Origin: Octopus bimaculoides | Lineage: Eukaryota | Assembly (NCBI RefSeq): GCF_001194135.2 | Contig: NC_068999.1 | Location: 2,112,834 to 2,176,833 of the forward strand | Direction: 5' to 3' | DNA: 64,000 nucleotides | In this document: in pieces, positions 13,604 to 26,922 of the stretch | Layout: each line of letters opens with the position of its first letter | How positions within the stretch are numbered: position 1 is the stretch's first letter | Notes under the pieces: generated by a model | Seen by the model: only the letters and a program-made list of their open reading frames with translations | Told to the model about the DNA's origin: nothing | The model's database searches: none | Position numbers and translations under genes: made by a program

Positions 13604-14534
13604 NNNNNNNNNNNNNNNNNNNNNNNNNNNNNNNNNNNNNNNNNNNNNNNNNNNNNNNNNNNNNNNNNNNNNNNNNNNNNNNNNNNNNNNNNNNNNNNNN
13701 NNNNNNNNNNNNNNNNNNNNNNNNNNNNGGGGGGGGGAGATGTGAAGGTGTATTTTTGTAATTGATTTATATAACGAATTGCTACGTCGACTGATAGCCG
13801 ATTCAGAATGAAGAGCTTAATGTGACAACTGCATGATTCTCTGAACCGACCAATACTACTACCACCACCGCCACCACAACTGTTGTTACTTTTTATTCTC
13901 GGATGTTTATCGTGATGTGATAGGTGTGACCTTGGTCAGCAAATCATTTGTTTGGGCTTTCGTAATTTGTATAATAATGGGGCGGGGTGTTGAGATTGGT
14001 CGAGGGTGTGTTATGGGGGTTTAGTGGGGAGATGAGTGGGGGAGGGGGTCATGTGCAGGTTAATTTATATTCATCAGCTTTTATAGCAATTATTGCACCA
14101 CCACCAACAACAATAACAACAACTGTAGTGGCAGCAGAACGCAGACCACTAACAACAACAACACCAGCAGCAGCAGCAACAACAACAACAACAACAAGGT
14201 AATGGGAAAAGCAGTCAGTGCCAGACCACTAAGCAGTAGTAGCAGTAGTAGCAGCAGCAGCAGCAGTAATTTCAAAGCTGGATCAAAAACAATAACAAAA
14301 AACAATGACAAAAAAATACAAAAGCAAAACAGCAACAGGAAAAACAACAAGTAAATTCGGGCAAAGAGCAGTGGGCAATGGCCCGCCATGAGCACCAAAA
14401 AGTACAAAAGCAACAACAACAGCAACAGCAACAACTATTACGCAACAACAACAATGGCCAAAGTGAGAAGGTGTTTAAGTACCAACATCAACCACGATAT
14501 ATCAAAGTAGGTTAATAAAATCCATATTCATAAT

Positions 14535-14568
14535 ACACCAGCCACTACTACTACCACTACTACTACTA

Positions 14569-14608
<40 letters not shown>

Positions 14609-14770
14609 CACTACTACTACTACTACTATAATAAAGTTATGCCACCTTTTAGTTTGCATCTATTTGTAATAAGCGTTTGCCCATTTTCTAGTTCCTCACA
14701 CCTCTCTCTCTCTCTACTTCTCTGTCCTCTGATACACACACACACACACACACACATATATATGCATATG

Positions 14771-14844
<74 letters not shown>

Positions 14845-14845
14845 G
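14535..14845. repeat. Compound microsatellites (ACT)n, (CA)n, (TA)n
   Basis: Seen directly. Confidence 0.95.
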
Positions 14846-16646
14846 AGATTGAGAGAGAAAGAGAGAGAATGGACAGACAGATAAGGGTAGATAGATACAT
14901 ACATGCATATCTACAAATATATATATATACACGTGTGCATATACATATATAAAAAGTGTATGTGTTTGTGTGTGTGTATAGGGAGACACACACACACACA
15001 TTTCCGTCTTTACGCAAAAAGGTAAAACTCAATCATTCCAGGAATATAGCTACAAATCGATAGACTATAAATCGAACTACATAAACTATGTACCGAGGTC
15101 AATAAGTTGAACTGAATCTTGATTTATGAGTCAAGAAATACATTTTTAAATAATCAGGGCGAATTCATGCGTTGTTGCCTGTCTCTTTGTGTTTGTGTGT
15201 GTATTTTTATATTATATTATATTTATATATACACACATACATATATACATACATACACGCACACACACATATAAATATATATCTTCTTTAAGTTCGTTTA
15301 TGCGAAACGTTTTTGAGTGCGCACATAAAAAGCTCCTCTGCTATTTATTCCGCGTATTGTTATCCTCCTCCAGAATAATTTTATGAGATGTTTATTAGTC
15401 TGGTACCGCTGTAGCGTAGCATGAATACAGTAATAGCAAGAACTTTTGGATGGAAATTCATAAATTCTTTAATGCATTGCTACGTACGTTTCCACAAACC
15501 ACATGTTTTTTGTTGCTGGATTCGCCATCCATAAGATCTTGCAAATGTAATTTGCAAGATCCATAGATTTTAAGAGGAAACATTAATACACGTGTTCGTT
15601 TCTTCAGGCAAAAAATTATATATACATACATACGCGTGTGTGTGTGTGTGTGTGTGTGTTGATTGCTAGTAGGAACACCGTACTTCGTAACGCAACTATA
15701 ATATGCTACCAAGTATATTAAAGGCCTTATATGTCAATACTGTGTCCTACCTGTGTTAGAAGTTCTATTAAATCACTTTTAAAAGTTATTTCTACAGATT
15801 TTCTAAAGCAATTAGATCCAGTACTGAAAGTTAAAACACTTCGTATAGGAATACGTCTATGTAGACAATACAATCAAAAGATAGAGAAAATAAGCAATGG
15901 GTGTATATGCATGTTTCAGGAGTGCTTGCTTCTTCTTCAGCACCACATCCAATCCATTAACCATCCACGAACGCATTGCTTAAATCGCACTGCTAACACA
16001 GGTTGAGTATTGACTTTTCAACTTTTGATATACTTGGTAGTACATTACGGTCGATAAACGAAATATGGTGTCCCTTCCAGCAATTAATACGTGCGAACCA
16101 GTTGCCAGGAATGTTTTAAATAAATAAAATCGGTCTATCCAACTGTGTTACACCATTAAGTTCAGTGTTTTCCTATCGTTTCGCCTGAAGATTGCAGTAG
16201 TGTGAAAATCGTGTGTGTGTGCGTGTGTGCGTGCTTGTGTGTGATTNNNNNNNNNNNNNNNNNNNNNNNNNNNNNNNNNNNNNNNNNNNNNNNNNNNNNN
16301 NNNNNNNNNNNNNNNNNNNNNNNNNNNNNNNNNNNNNNNNNNNNNNNNNNNNNNNNNNNNNNNNNNNNNNNNNNNNNNNNNNNNNNNNNNNNNNNNNNNN
16401 NNNNNNNNNNNNNNNNNNNNNNNNNNNNNNNNNNNNNNNNNNNNNNNNNNNNNNNNNNNNNNNNNNNNNNNNNNNNNNNNNNNNNNNNNNNNNNNNNNNN
16501 NNNNNNNNNNNNNNNNNNNNNNNNNNNNNNNNNNNNNNNNNNNNNNNNNNNNNNNNNNNNNNNNNNNNNNNNNNNNNNNNNNNNNNNNNNNNNNNNNNNN
16601 NNNNNNNNNNNNNNNNNNNNNNNNNNNNNNNNNNNNNNNNNNNNNN

Positions 16647-16870
16647 AGGAGGAGGAGGAGGAGGAGGAGGAGAAGCAGGATGATGATGATGATGATGATG
16701 ACGACGACGACGAGGATGATGGAAGTGGTAGAGATGGTGGTGGTGCTGCTGATGATGATGATGATGGTGATGATGACGGTGGTGGTGGTGGTGGTGGTAG
16801 TGATGATGAAGATAATGGTGACGGTGATGATGATGATGATAGTGATGATGTCAATGACGATGATAACGAC
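16647..16870. repeat. Mixed trinucleotide tract (GAG/GAT/GAC/GGT)n
   Basis: Seen directly; adjoins a gap. Confidence 0.9.
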
Positions 16871-17682
16871 GTTAGCCCTTGGTCACAAAGCAGGCCTATT
16901 CGTTCAACCCATGGAATCGAGACACTGAAGACCGTGGAAGATCTTGTGGGGCCGCGGTGAGAATGGATATATTGGGTGTGGAATGTAAACCCACACGGAG
17001 TTGAAATATTGAGGACACGATGTGGAGAACTGCAACAGATACCCAAGTATATGACTGGTATCCATTTCGTCGTCCCTTCCTGGAGAGATAAATGACAAAG
17101 GATAATCCGACAAGAGTTTATGAAAAGCAGTAATACGATTCGATCAGTTAAATCGATATCTATTTATCTTCGCCTGTCTATCGATTGGAACATAAAAGGG
17201 TCTTTTGTCGTCTGAGGCCAGACGTGAGAAATATGGTTGGTGATTTCAATAGAGTAAAGACGAGAGAGAGAGAGAGACAGAGTGCGAGAGAGAGAGGGAG
17301 AGATCGAGTGAGAGAGAAGGAGAGAGAGAGACATATATATATATATATATANNNNNNNNNNNNNNNNNNNNNNNNNNNNNNNNNNNNNNNNNNNNNNNNN
17401 NNNNNNNNNNNNNNNNNNNNNNNNNNNNNNNNNNNNNNNNNNNNNNNNNNNNNNNNNNNNNNNNNNNNNNNNNNNNNNNNNNNNNNNNNNNNNNNNNNAT
17501 TTAAGAAGTCAACTCCACATGGCAAAACAAGCAAAGTTACCTTCTCAAATACGATCAATATAGCAAACTAGAATAAATTGTGTGGGTGCGCGCGCGAGTG
17601 TTACTTGGTTTGTTATTTTGTGTGGAAAGAACTCTTCCGGTTTTAAGTATTTATAGTATAGTTGATATTAGTGTTTGCAGCA

Positions 17683-17903
17683 GAGGCGACGACGAGCTGA
17701 TAGAATCGTTAACATGCCGGATGAAATGCTTAAAGGCATTTCGTCCGTCTTCACGTTCTCAGTTCAAATTCCGCCGAGGTTAACTTTGCCTTTCATCCTT
17801 TCAGGGTCGATAAAATGAGAATACCAGTTGAGTACTGGGGTCGACTACCCCCACCACCACCACCACCGAAATTGTTGGCCTTGAGCCGAAATCTGCAACC
17901 AAT
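17683..17903 (+). mobile_element. Near full-length tRNA-derived SINE (family C)
   Basis: GGCGACGAGCTGATAGAATCGTT...GTTCAAATTCCGCCGAGG...CCTTTCATCCTTTCAGGGTCGATAAAAT; related copies at 40380, 47315 and (minus) 5200-5400. Confidence 0.85.
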
Positions 17904-18659
17904 AGTAGTAATGGTGGTGGTGGTGGCGGCGGCGGTGGCGTTGAAAGTGTTTGTGAGATAATAGTTAAGGTGTGAGGAGGGGGTGATGGTGATCGAAGTA
18001 GTATTGTGTTTGTTGTTAACGTGGTATACTACGAGGGTGATGGTTGTGGTGCTTGTGACAGTGATGATGATGATGATGATGATGATGGTAGCGTTGCTGT
18101 TTCCGTTGTGGTGGTTGTGTCATGACTATGCAATATTACTTGACATCGTCTACCTTGTACAACACTATCGAATGTGTTTTCTTTTAAAGGCGATATTTTT
18201 AAGTGTTTAAACTTGAGGCTAGATTTAGCTACTACTTTTAGCGGATTAAACAACCACCTAGAGGTGCCCTTGTTAGCTCGTTCGTTGATTGGTTACTTCC
18301 TGTGTTGAGTTGTAGACATCAGAAGGATGTTAATGGTGGCACTTCCAGTTTCATCTTTGATGTATTTTATTGTAATCTGGGGACGAGAGTTTAGCCGAGG
18401 TTTTTAATGTGTGATGTTGTGTGCTCGTATTGAGTGTGTGCGTGTGTACATACTGCATCTGTCTGTGGGAGTATATGTATGTTTGTGTCTGTCTGTCTAT
18501 GTACGTGCGTGCGTGTTTGTGTCTGCGTTTCTTTGTGTACGTAAGTGTCAGTGTGTGTGTGTGTGTATCTGTATGCATGTTTTGCGTGTGTATGTGTTTT
18601 CCTTGCAGAGATACCAATTTTCGTTTCCAGGTTCATTAGTTACTCTCTTATATTTTACC

Positions 18660-18790
18660 ATTTGCTTGTTTCGGGCATTAGGACTGCGGCCATACTGGGG
18701 CACCACCTCCAAGAACTTTTTAGTCGAGTGAATCGGCCCCTGTACTTATTTTCGTTTTGAAGCCTGTTATTTATTCCATCGGTCTCAACT
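18660..18790 (+). mobile_element. SINE-like repeat (family B)
   Basis: GACTGCGGCCATACTGGGGCACC...TAGTCGAGTGAATCGGCCCC. Confidence 0.75.
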
Positions 18791-18949
18791 GATGAAGGGT
18801 CATTCTCTGTGTTAACTTGTCCTGTTTTCCTTTTTTTTTTTTCGTTGTTTACGTATTTCATGTTATTTATACCGTCGGTGACGTCTTTTACACATATATG
18901 CATATATATATGTGTGTGTGTGTATACACACATATATATATGCATACAT

Positions 18950-19140
18950 ATATAAGGAAATTAAGTCAAGGTATACACATATATACACACATATATATAC
19001 ACACATATATATATATACACATATATATAAGGAAAATATATATACACACATATATAAGGAAAATAAATCAAGGTAGAAAATGCTAAAATAATTTTATCAT
19101 AAAAAACATTTCAGTACCAGAATAATTTATTAAGTGCAGC
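18950..19140 (+). repeat. Dispersed repeat with partial tandem copies; second copy at 61195-61280
   Basis: ATAAGGAAAATAA(A/G)(T/A)CAAGGTAGAAA(A/G)TGCTAAAATAATTT occurs at ~19053 and ~61198; truncated starts at ~18952 and ~19027. Confidence 0.75.
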
Positions 19141-19597
19141 GCTTCCAGTTAACCATTTTTTCTTTTCATTCAAATTAACCTGAAATTGTCTCGTGAATTT
19201 CTTGTAGCTTTGCAAATTAGGTAAATTCGGTGTTGGTCTCCCACCGTTTATAATTACAGGTTGACCACCGCCGGATCGTCTTTAATCATTGGACCGTTCC
19301 GGGAAGGCTAACAATAAGGATAACAACAACATCAGCAACAACAACAACCATAACAAGTGATGCGAGACACAGCATCGATAACTTTTAGTGAAACGACCAT
19401 GTCTACGTCCGCTGTAATACGACGAAGTGTGCTTCGGCTTTGTATCCTTCTGCCACACTCAAGGATCGCTAACATCATTTGGCCATTGATAACTGGATCG
19501 ATTACTAAGACGGACGCAGGTTTGAACCTGTCAAAGTCGATATAGGCCAGCTAGAGGGTCAATACATTGATCAACACCTTTATACATTCTCACACAC

Positions 19598-19628
<31 letters not shown>

Positions 19629-19722
19629 CATGCATGCATGCATGCATACATACATACATACAGATACACTTATGCCTGTATGTGTAAATATGTATGTGTA
19701 TTGATCTATTTATGTATGTATA

Positions 19723-19760
<38 letters not shown>

Positions 19761-19964
19761 NNNNNNNNNNNNNNNNNNNNNNNNNNNNNNNNNNNNNNNN
19801 NNNNNNNNNNNNNNNNNNNNNNNNNNNNNNNNNNNNNNNNNNNNNNNNNNNNNNNNNNNNNNNNNNNNNNNNNNNNNNNNNNNNNNNNNNNNNNNNNNNN
19901 NNNNNNNNNNNNTATATGCTACACACACGCATGTATAGATAGATAAATAGATAGGTGGGTAGAT

Positions 19965-20077
<113 letters not shown>

Positions 20078-20344
20078 TAGATTTATATGATTGACATCAC
20101 GTTGTTTGGACGGAATGATGCACCAGTATATTTAATCAAGAGAAAAATTTTGCTCAGACCTAATCTAATTAATATAGTGATGCAATAACATTTAATAATG
20201 AGGAAAATCATTAAATTCACGATTAGATTTGATCAAATATGGCAGCGATGGCAATTTCTGCAACGAAATCAGTAAAAACTAATTAGATACATATTGCAGC
20301 GGGAGTTGATTTTATCTTTGGCAGAACAGGGAAAACTCTGGCCA

Positions 20345-20538
20345 TGTTTCCGCTTTATTAAACTTCATCATCTAGATATAGTCTTATCAGTACTAATAGA
20401 CCTAAGACGACCAGGGTATATATAGAGACGGTATTGGTGAAAGTATCTGTAGTATGATAGACTAGATTAACCGTTGTGGAGAGATACCCAGGGCTACCAG
20501 CTGCATAGAGAAGAAATAGTGAAGTCAGTGTTAATACA
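20345..20538 (-). mobile_element. Possible solo-LTR-like fragment
   Basis: TG...CA ends, TATATA and AATAAA in LTR order on the minus strand; no target-site duplication found. Confidence 0.25.
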
Positions 20539-20939
20539 TTTAATGCAATGTAAGGCAGCTGATGATATTTTCTTCTCTAATTTAATTAAAGTATAATTTC
20601 TTGGTTCGCCATATTAAAGATATGGAAACCAACTTTTCTATCAATTTGTTGATTTTGACCTTTGGTTTTGTGTTTTAATATGGATTGTTTTTTTCGAATA
20701 TTTTTGTACCAATCGTTCTAGCTAATTATTAATAAATGACCGAGTATTCCACAGACGTACGTCTATATACATATAGAATAATTAGGAAAGGTATATGAAA
20801 AAGGATATCCTTTAATACAACGCAACTCATTCACGCTCTTAGGAGCAATAAGGATACAGGCAAGAATAGAAAACAAATTTCAAAGGTCAAATCCCTTTAT
20901 CAAAACATAGGGATTTGACCTTTGAAATTTGTTTTCCAT

Positions 20940-21001
<62 letters not shown>

Positions 21002-21599
21002 ATATATACGCGCGCGCGAGTGTGTGTGTACTCACATACACATTCACTGGTGAGTGAATATAAGTTGTCTGAAATAAATAAATGCTCTGCTGACCCCATA
21101 TTCCCTGCATTAAAAATGCCCCAATATAAAGGAGAGAGAGTGAGCTTTGTAAGGGACTAAAAACCTTAACAAAGCCGGAGTATTTTCTAACCTTAAAGAG
21201 AAAACAGTTTTAATGACGCCGCAGCAACCACAGGAGCGACAGCAGCAGTGCGTGTAGCTGTCGTATGCTTTTATTTTCAGTGAAAAACCCATTTTTAAGT
21301 TTGATTTTATTATTCATCTTTCCATGGTTGATAAAGAAAAATAATAGAGAAGTATCATTCGTCTTCTACCACCGTAATATTGCCTCTCTATGACTTCGTT
21401 TTTCTCTCAGATTTTTCTTGAAGAACCACTGTCTGAAATGTTGAACATCCTTTCAGCTTTAAAATAAATACCACGTACTCTAAAGTAATAGTGAAGTAGC
21501 TTTATCGATTTTTATCAATTACTCGACCTCTTACAAGACAAGGGTTTTATGTCAGTGTTAGAAATCAATATTCTGGATGTCATGAAAGTCGGTAGATGT

Positions 21600-22030
21600 C
21601 AGCATCAGCTACAGACAATAAAGTTGAATTCTACATCCACCAAGAAAGGAATTTGAAGATGTTTTACCGAAAGATGGCAGGCGATCAAACCATTGGATGG
21701 GGCCAGGGTTATGGAAGTGTAGTGACGGAAGTATGTTACTGAACGTAGAGGAGGTTGAGGGATTATTCGGGACCTATAAGTTACATACAAACTCATTGGT
21801 CTATATCTCAATATGGTCTCAAGATCACAGTCAGAGAATTGGGAGAAAGACATCGATCCAGGGCAGAGTATGGAGTCAGTGAAAGTTTTAAAGGGTGATA
21901 TGCTCGGCAGAATTTCAATGACTCCCGAACACCCTATGGTCATTCCGAAAGAATATTTAACGAATGGCTCACTACTAGAAATGGTCGGGTTAGGGTTAGG
22001 GTAGAGTAGGGAGCCCAAGTTACAAGTGTA
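21600..22030 (+). mobile_element. Possible old L1/Tx1-type ORF2 remnant
   Basis: RRGG*GIIRDL resembles the GGLG..DL motif after RT domains; weak by-eye similarity only. Confidence 0.3.
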
Positions 22031-22039
22031 CTAAGAGAA

Positions 22040-22640
22040 ATCACCCCAGGGATTTTGTCTGTGGTAGGGATACGCAAATAAAGTGAAAGGTAAGGTCATA
22101 AATGGGAGCATGCACGGTTGCAGCCCGTCGCTGCTTCCACCATTTGTGAGCATCTACTCGGTTTACCCCAGGCAACCCCGCAAGCAGAGTTCCAGTCAGT
22201 CCTCCGCTACTCGGAGATGGTATGAGGCCATCCAACACGAGCCGTCAGCCCAGCCGGATCCTCAAAAAAGAGGACACGGTACACAGGATCCAACTCTGAA
22301 AATCCAGCAACATGGGGAAACCGTCGAAGCTGATCCCGAATCACACAAGTCCCAGTTTCTGGGTAGAATCGTTGGTTGGATAGGATATGCAATTAACGGT
22401 AACCTGTAATCCTGTGGAGCGTCCTGGTACCAAAAGGAGTTCAGACAGCTCTTAAGGGTCTCGGTCAGAGTCCAAGCCTCACAACTATAGAGCAGGACAG
22501 GGAGGACAAGAAACCTAAAGACCCGAGCCTTTGTCCTCCTGCACAGACATCGGCAGCGCCAAACATCCTTGTCCATCGAAGCTACAACAGTACCAGTTCA
22601 TCCAAGCTTTTTAAAGACTTCGGACTTGCAGCTAATGCCA
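22040..22640 (-). mobile_element. RTE-clade LINE 3' fragment
   Basis: MDKDVWRCRCLCRRTKARVFRFLVLPVLLYSCEAWTLTETLKSCLNSF matches the RTE motif RTKxRxFxxLVLPVLLYGCETWTL; frameshifted downstream. Confidence 0.8.
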
Positions 22641-23532
22641 CTGTGAACGTCACTGTGCCTTGACCCAAGAAACTCTAAGGCCAAGCCGTTCCGCTTCCTC
22701 ATTTAGTGAAAGGAGAACACGCCTTAACATATCCAGGGACTCAGTAAGAATAACTGCATCAACAACAAAATCCAGGAGTTATGGAAAAGGAGAGGGAAAT
22801 TTATTTTTTAATCGTCGACAACATCAACAGCGGCGGCAGCAGCAGCAGTAACAATGTGATCTTGGGTTTGCGGCACAGAGAAAAAAGATGGGATGGTCAC
22901 GGATGGAGCTAAATTACAACGACTATGAAATAATTCACACTCGACATTATAGTCAAAATCTGTAAACGAAACAAAAAAAAAACGGGATGGTCACAGCTGG
23001 ATTGGCTGTATCAGCGCTGACCTAAGACTGAACACCAAAAGCTAATAAAAGTCACCAATAATGTCGGTTAATTTATCTTGTTAAACATTTCAGTTTATTT
23101 GAGGTTCTTCGAAATGTAAAGACTTCCTTGTTCACTGTACCGTGGGGATTCCAGAAACAATCATGGCATCTGTCGTCGCCATAATGGAACCTTTCCAAAG
23201 GGATTGTAGAATTACCTGCAACATGCCTAACAATATATTTATGGATACGTGTTTGCGGTATTACGTAAATACGCACAAATACTCATGCGTCTCTCTCGCC
23301 TGAGCAAACTCAGAGTTCCTGAAAAATCTTGCCGTAACGTAAAACCTGTTTTCCGTGAAGCGCCATGTTCAGTGGTCCTTGGATCTCACGCTACAGAAAT
23401 TGTTTTACGGAATTTTCCCGTAACACGAATGTGGATATATATGTGTGTGGCTATGTATGTGTATGCGTGTGTGCATGTATGTGTGTGTATATGTGTTTGT
23501 GAGTGCCTGCATGCCTATGTGTGTGTGCGTGC

Positions 23533-23563
<31 letters not shown>

Positions 23564-23639
23564 CGTGCGTGTTTATTGGTAAAAAATGGTTCAAAGTTTT
23601 TTTAAGAATGTAGTATTGAGGAATGAAATGACGACAAAG

Positions 23640-23890
23640 TGGAGCAAAGATATAGCAAGAGATCCAGTTAAGATGGCGGTTCTATGAGTTGTGAAGCAAG
23701 GTTCGGGTAAGAAACTTGAAGAACTGTCTGGGTAAACATCCAGAGGTGATGTCAGGTAAACTGTGCTTCTGGTCAGAGCCCGTATTTTGCGTAAAATACT
23801 ATCATCTACAAAGTAAAGAAAAAGAAGAGGCATAAAAGCCACATCTATTACACTTGAGAGCTGCAGGAAGGTTCGGACAGAATACATGTA
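23640..23890 (+). mobile_element. R4/Dong-like RLE element, C-terminus plus 3' UTR
   Basis: VVKQG.GKKLEELSG...TVLLVRARILRKILSSTK* matches the LQKTVLLGTARILRKVL terminus. Confidence 0.65.
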
Positions 23891-23904
23891 CCCTTAAATA
23901 GCAT

Positions 23905-23944
23905 AATAATAGTGATGATAATAATAATAATAATAATAATAATG

Positions 23945-23997
<53 letters not shown>
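23905..23997. repeat. (AAT)n microsatellite between two RLE-LINE fragments
   Basis: Seen directly. Confidence 0.95.
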
Positions 23998-23998
<1 letters not shown>

Positions 23999-24004
23999 GG
24001 GGGT

Positions 24005-24090
24005 TAAGCAGTTGTGGTCGCTGAAAAAGGTAGTAGTAGTACTATTAATTGTCGGAGCCCTGGGAACAGTGAGTAAAAATCATGAGAAGT
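24005..24090 (+). mobile_element. R4/Dong-like RLE element, short fragment
   Basis: LWSLKKVVVVLLIVGALGTVSKNHEKY matches the LW..K..VVPIIVGALGTV.K motif. Confidence 0.7.
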
Positions 24091-24142
24091 ACATGGAATT
24101 TAACGTTTCGAACCGACACTCTTCACACACACATACATATAT

Positions 24143-24173
<31 letters not shown>

Positions 24174-24190
24174 TGTATATATATATATGT

Positions 24191-24490
<300 letters not shown>

Positions 24491-24685
24491 ACGAGATAAA
24501 ACGAGACGGCAAAAGCGTTCCGAGGGTATTTAATGATCAGTTTCTATTGTCATCGCCTGGCGTTATTCTGCATCAATATTAAGGAGCAATGTGACAGAAG
24601 TGAGGGATCTCAACACACACACAAATACATACATACATACATACATACATACATACATACATACATACATACATACATACATGCA

Positions 24686-24768
24686 TGCATGCATATGGAA
24701 GTGTTGGTACTCGTCTCAATTTTCTTATCCCAAATGGAGACGAGTACCAATATTTCCAGATTGCACGC
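24686..24768 (+). ncRNA. Candidate pri-/pre-miRNA-like hairpin
   Basis: 24697-24717 pairs with 24737-24757 (21 bp, 2 G:U); imperfect ~10-bp basal stem; 4 extra apical pairs and a 9-nt loop; no expression evidence. Confidence 0.4.
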
Positions 24769-25147
24769 TTAAAAAATTGTGAAGATCTTTTCACATGAAA
24801 CCATTGGTTACACATGTGTGTGTGTGTGGCGGGGATGGAGTTTGAATAACTGAGAAATCTCACAAATATAAAGCAAAATAAAATCCAAACACCTTACAGA
24901 CGTGTGCCTATCAGCACTGGGACAAGACAAGAGTCCTGTTTCTGCCAACAGCATGTACGAATAATTTCATCAACTAGCTTTTTAAAAGAATGAAGCGGTG
25001 AGATAGCGGTTGACTGTTTAAGTAGACAACACGGATTGTAATGGGTGGCCCGCATGAATGATACGATATTACTTAAACGCATAGGGCATGTGTGTATGTG
25101 GCTATTTACGAATCTATCTACCTATCTTCTAACTGCATATATATATA

Positions 25148-25204
<57 letters not shown>

Positions 25205-25407
25205 GCATATATATATGTATGCATATATGGTTGTATATATAAGTACGTATGCATACATATATATATAAATGTAAACAAATATTTGTTCTTTTATTAAAAG
25301 CGTCGAAAATGTGTATTCTACAATACAAATAAGAAATAGTTTTGCTGTTCTGGCGGCAACTCTGCGTTCGAAAGAAATTTCATCCCACTTGTATCGTAGA
25401 ATATATA

Positions 25408-25476
<69 letters not shown>

Positions 25477-26798
25477 ACACACACACACGTATACACACCT
25501 ATAGTTCGTGTTACGCTAAGAAGCGGTGCACAGTTCCAGAATTTTCGACTCGAGTCAAATATGACAAACTACTCCAAATCAGCAAACGCTTTAACTGAGG
25601 AAGGTTTACGTAATGGATACATTTTCTTTTACATTTTACGCAAATCTGAAATGTACGTACTAAATGATTTCAAAATACTCGTATTTGGTTCGACTAATCT
25701 ATATTATATAATATATGAACTATTCGAATGTTGCACACGCACGCAGAACTAGATACACAGGCAGCAAAACTGGAGACACACACACATATATACACACATA
25801 AACAGAGAGAAACAGAAAGAGAAGAGAAGAAACAGAGAAAGCACTTGAAAGATCCAGGATACTCGCTTTATTTCAATGACGTGATCGTCTGGTTGATCCG
25901 TTGGCCAGTTAGAATGCTCGGTTCCGTCGTCTTGAGGTTGAACAGGTCAGAAGTCAGGAGTATCATGAAAGGTCAACTGCTTTAGCGCACCTGCAAAGAG
26001 AGGTCTATACCGTTGACAAGCGATCTTTCTGCAACAACGTTTCATATATTCTTTTTACTCTTTTAATGTTATTGCTGGTTTCAGTCATAAGGACTGTGGC
26101 CAGACTGCAGCACCGCATTTAAGGGTTTTGTTTATAGCTTAAGACCATCATATCGACTCCAGCATTTATCTTATCGATCAGTGCTTATTGCCAGGAAATT
26201 GTCTTTCTGACATAAAGAGGCACCACACGGCATTATATCGGTAAACAGATACAGAAATATATGCACCTCACCACATGTATACACGCCCGCACACACACAC
26301 ACACACACGCACACACAGACATCTACATTTCCCAATGTGTCTTTCATTATCAAGGTGGCAAAATGTGGGTTGAAGGAAATTTGGTTGCTATTTTTAGTAG
26401 GTCGAGTGACGATATTAAGTGACCCTCGCTGGTTCGTCACCAGTATCATTTATGAAATGGCGTAGTTCTGGATTTGCGGGACAGGAGTAGGTAGTGGGAG
26501 GAGCGCATGTTTGACGTGTGTTTCTGTTCGTTTGTAAGTATTGAACTCAGTTTCTTCTGGTGACCTGGGTCATTATTGAACCTCTGTTTCTCTCTTTCTC
26601 TCTCTCTCTCCTTTTTCTCTCTGCTTCTCCTCTTCTTCAACACACACATGCACACATACACACCGCTGCCCTATCTCATCCAGTTCTATATACACCTTAC
26701 TAAAGTAAATCTGATGTGGAATGTCTTATAATTATTCAGCCAACAGCTGGACACAACGTAAACAAAATACTGTACATTTATATATGTATATATATATT

Positions 26799-26922
<124 letters not shown>

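Noticed and set aside
14090-14460. Poly-Q/poly-L looking region
   Set aside because: CAG/CAA/AAC repeats with stops in each plus frame; no splice structure or homology
16185-16212. CTGAAGA...GAAA hammerhead-like spacing
   Set aside because: Stem II lacks the conserved G-C closing pair and no stem I/III can be built
16646-16960. Acidic ORF ending SPWSQSRPIRSTHGIETLKTVEDLVGPR with a GTGAGA donor-like site
   Set aside because: Mostly trinucleotide repeat next to a gap; downstream sequence resembles decayed SINE; no homology recognised
21987-22002. GGGTTAGGGTTAGGGT telomere-like repeat
   Set aside because: Only two units, inside a probable LINE remnant
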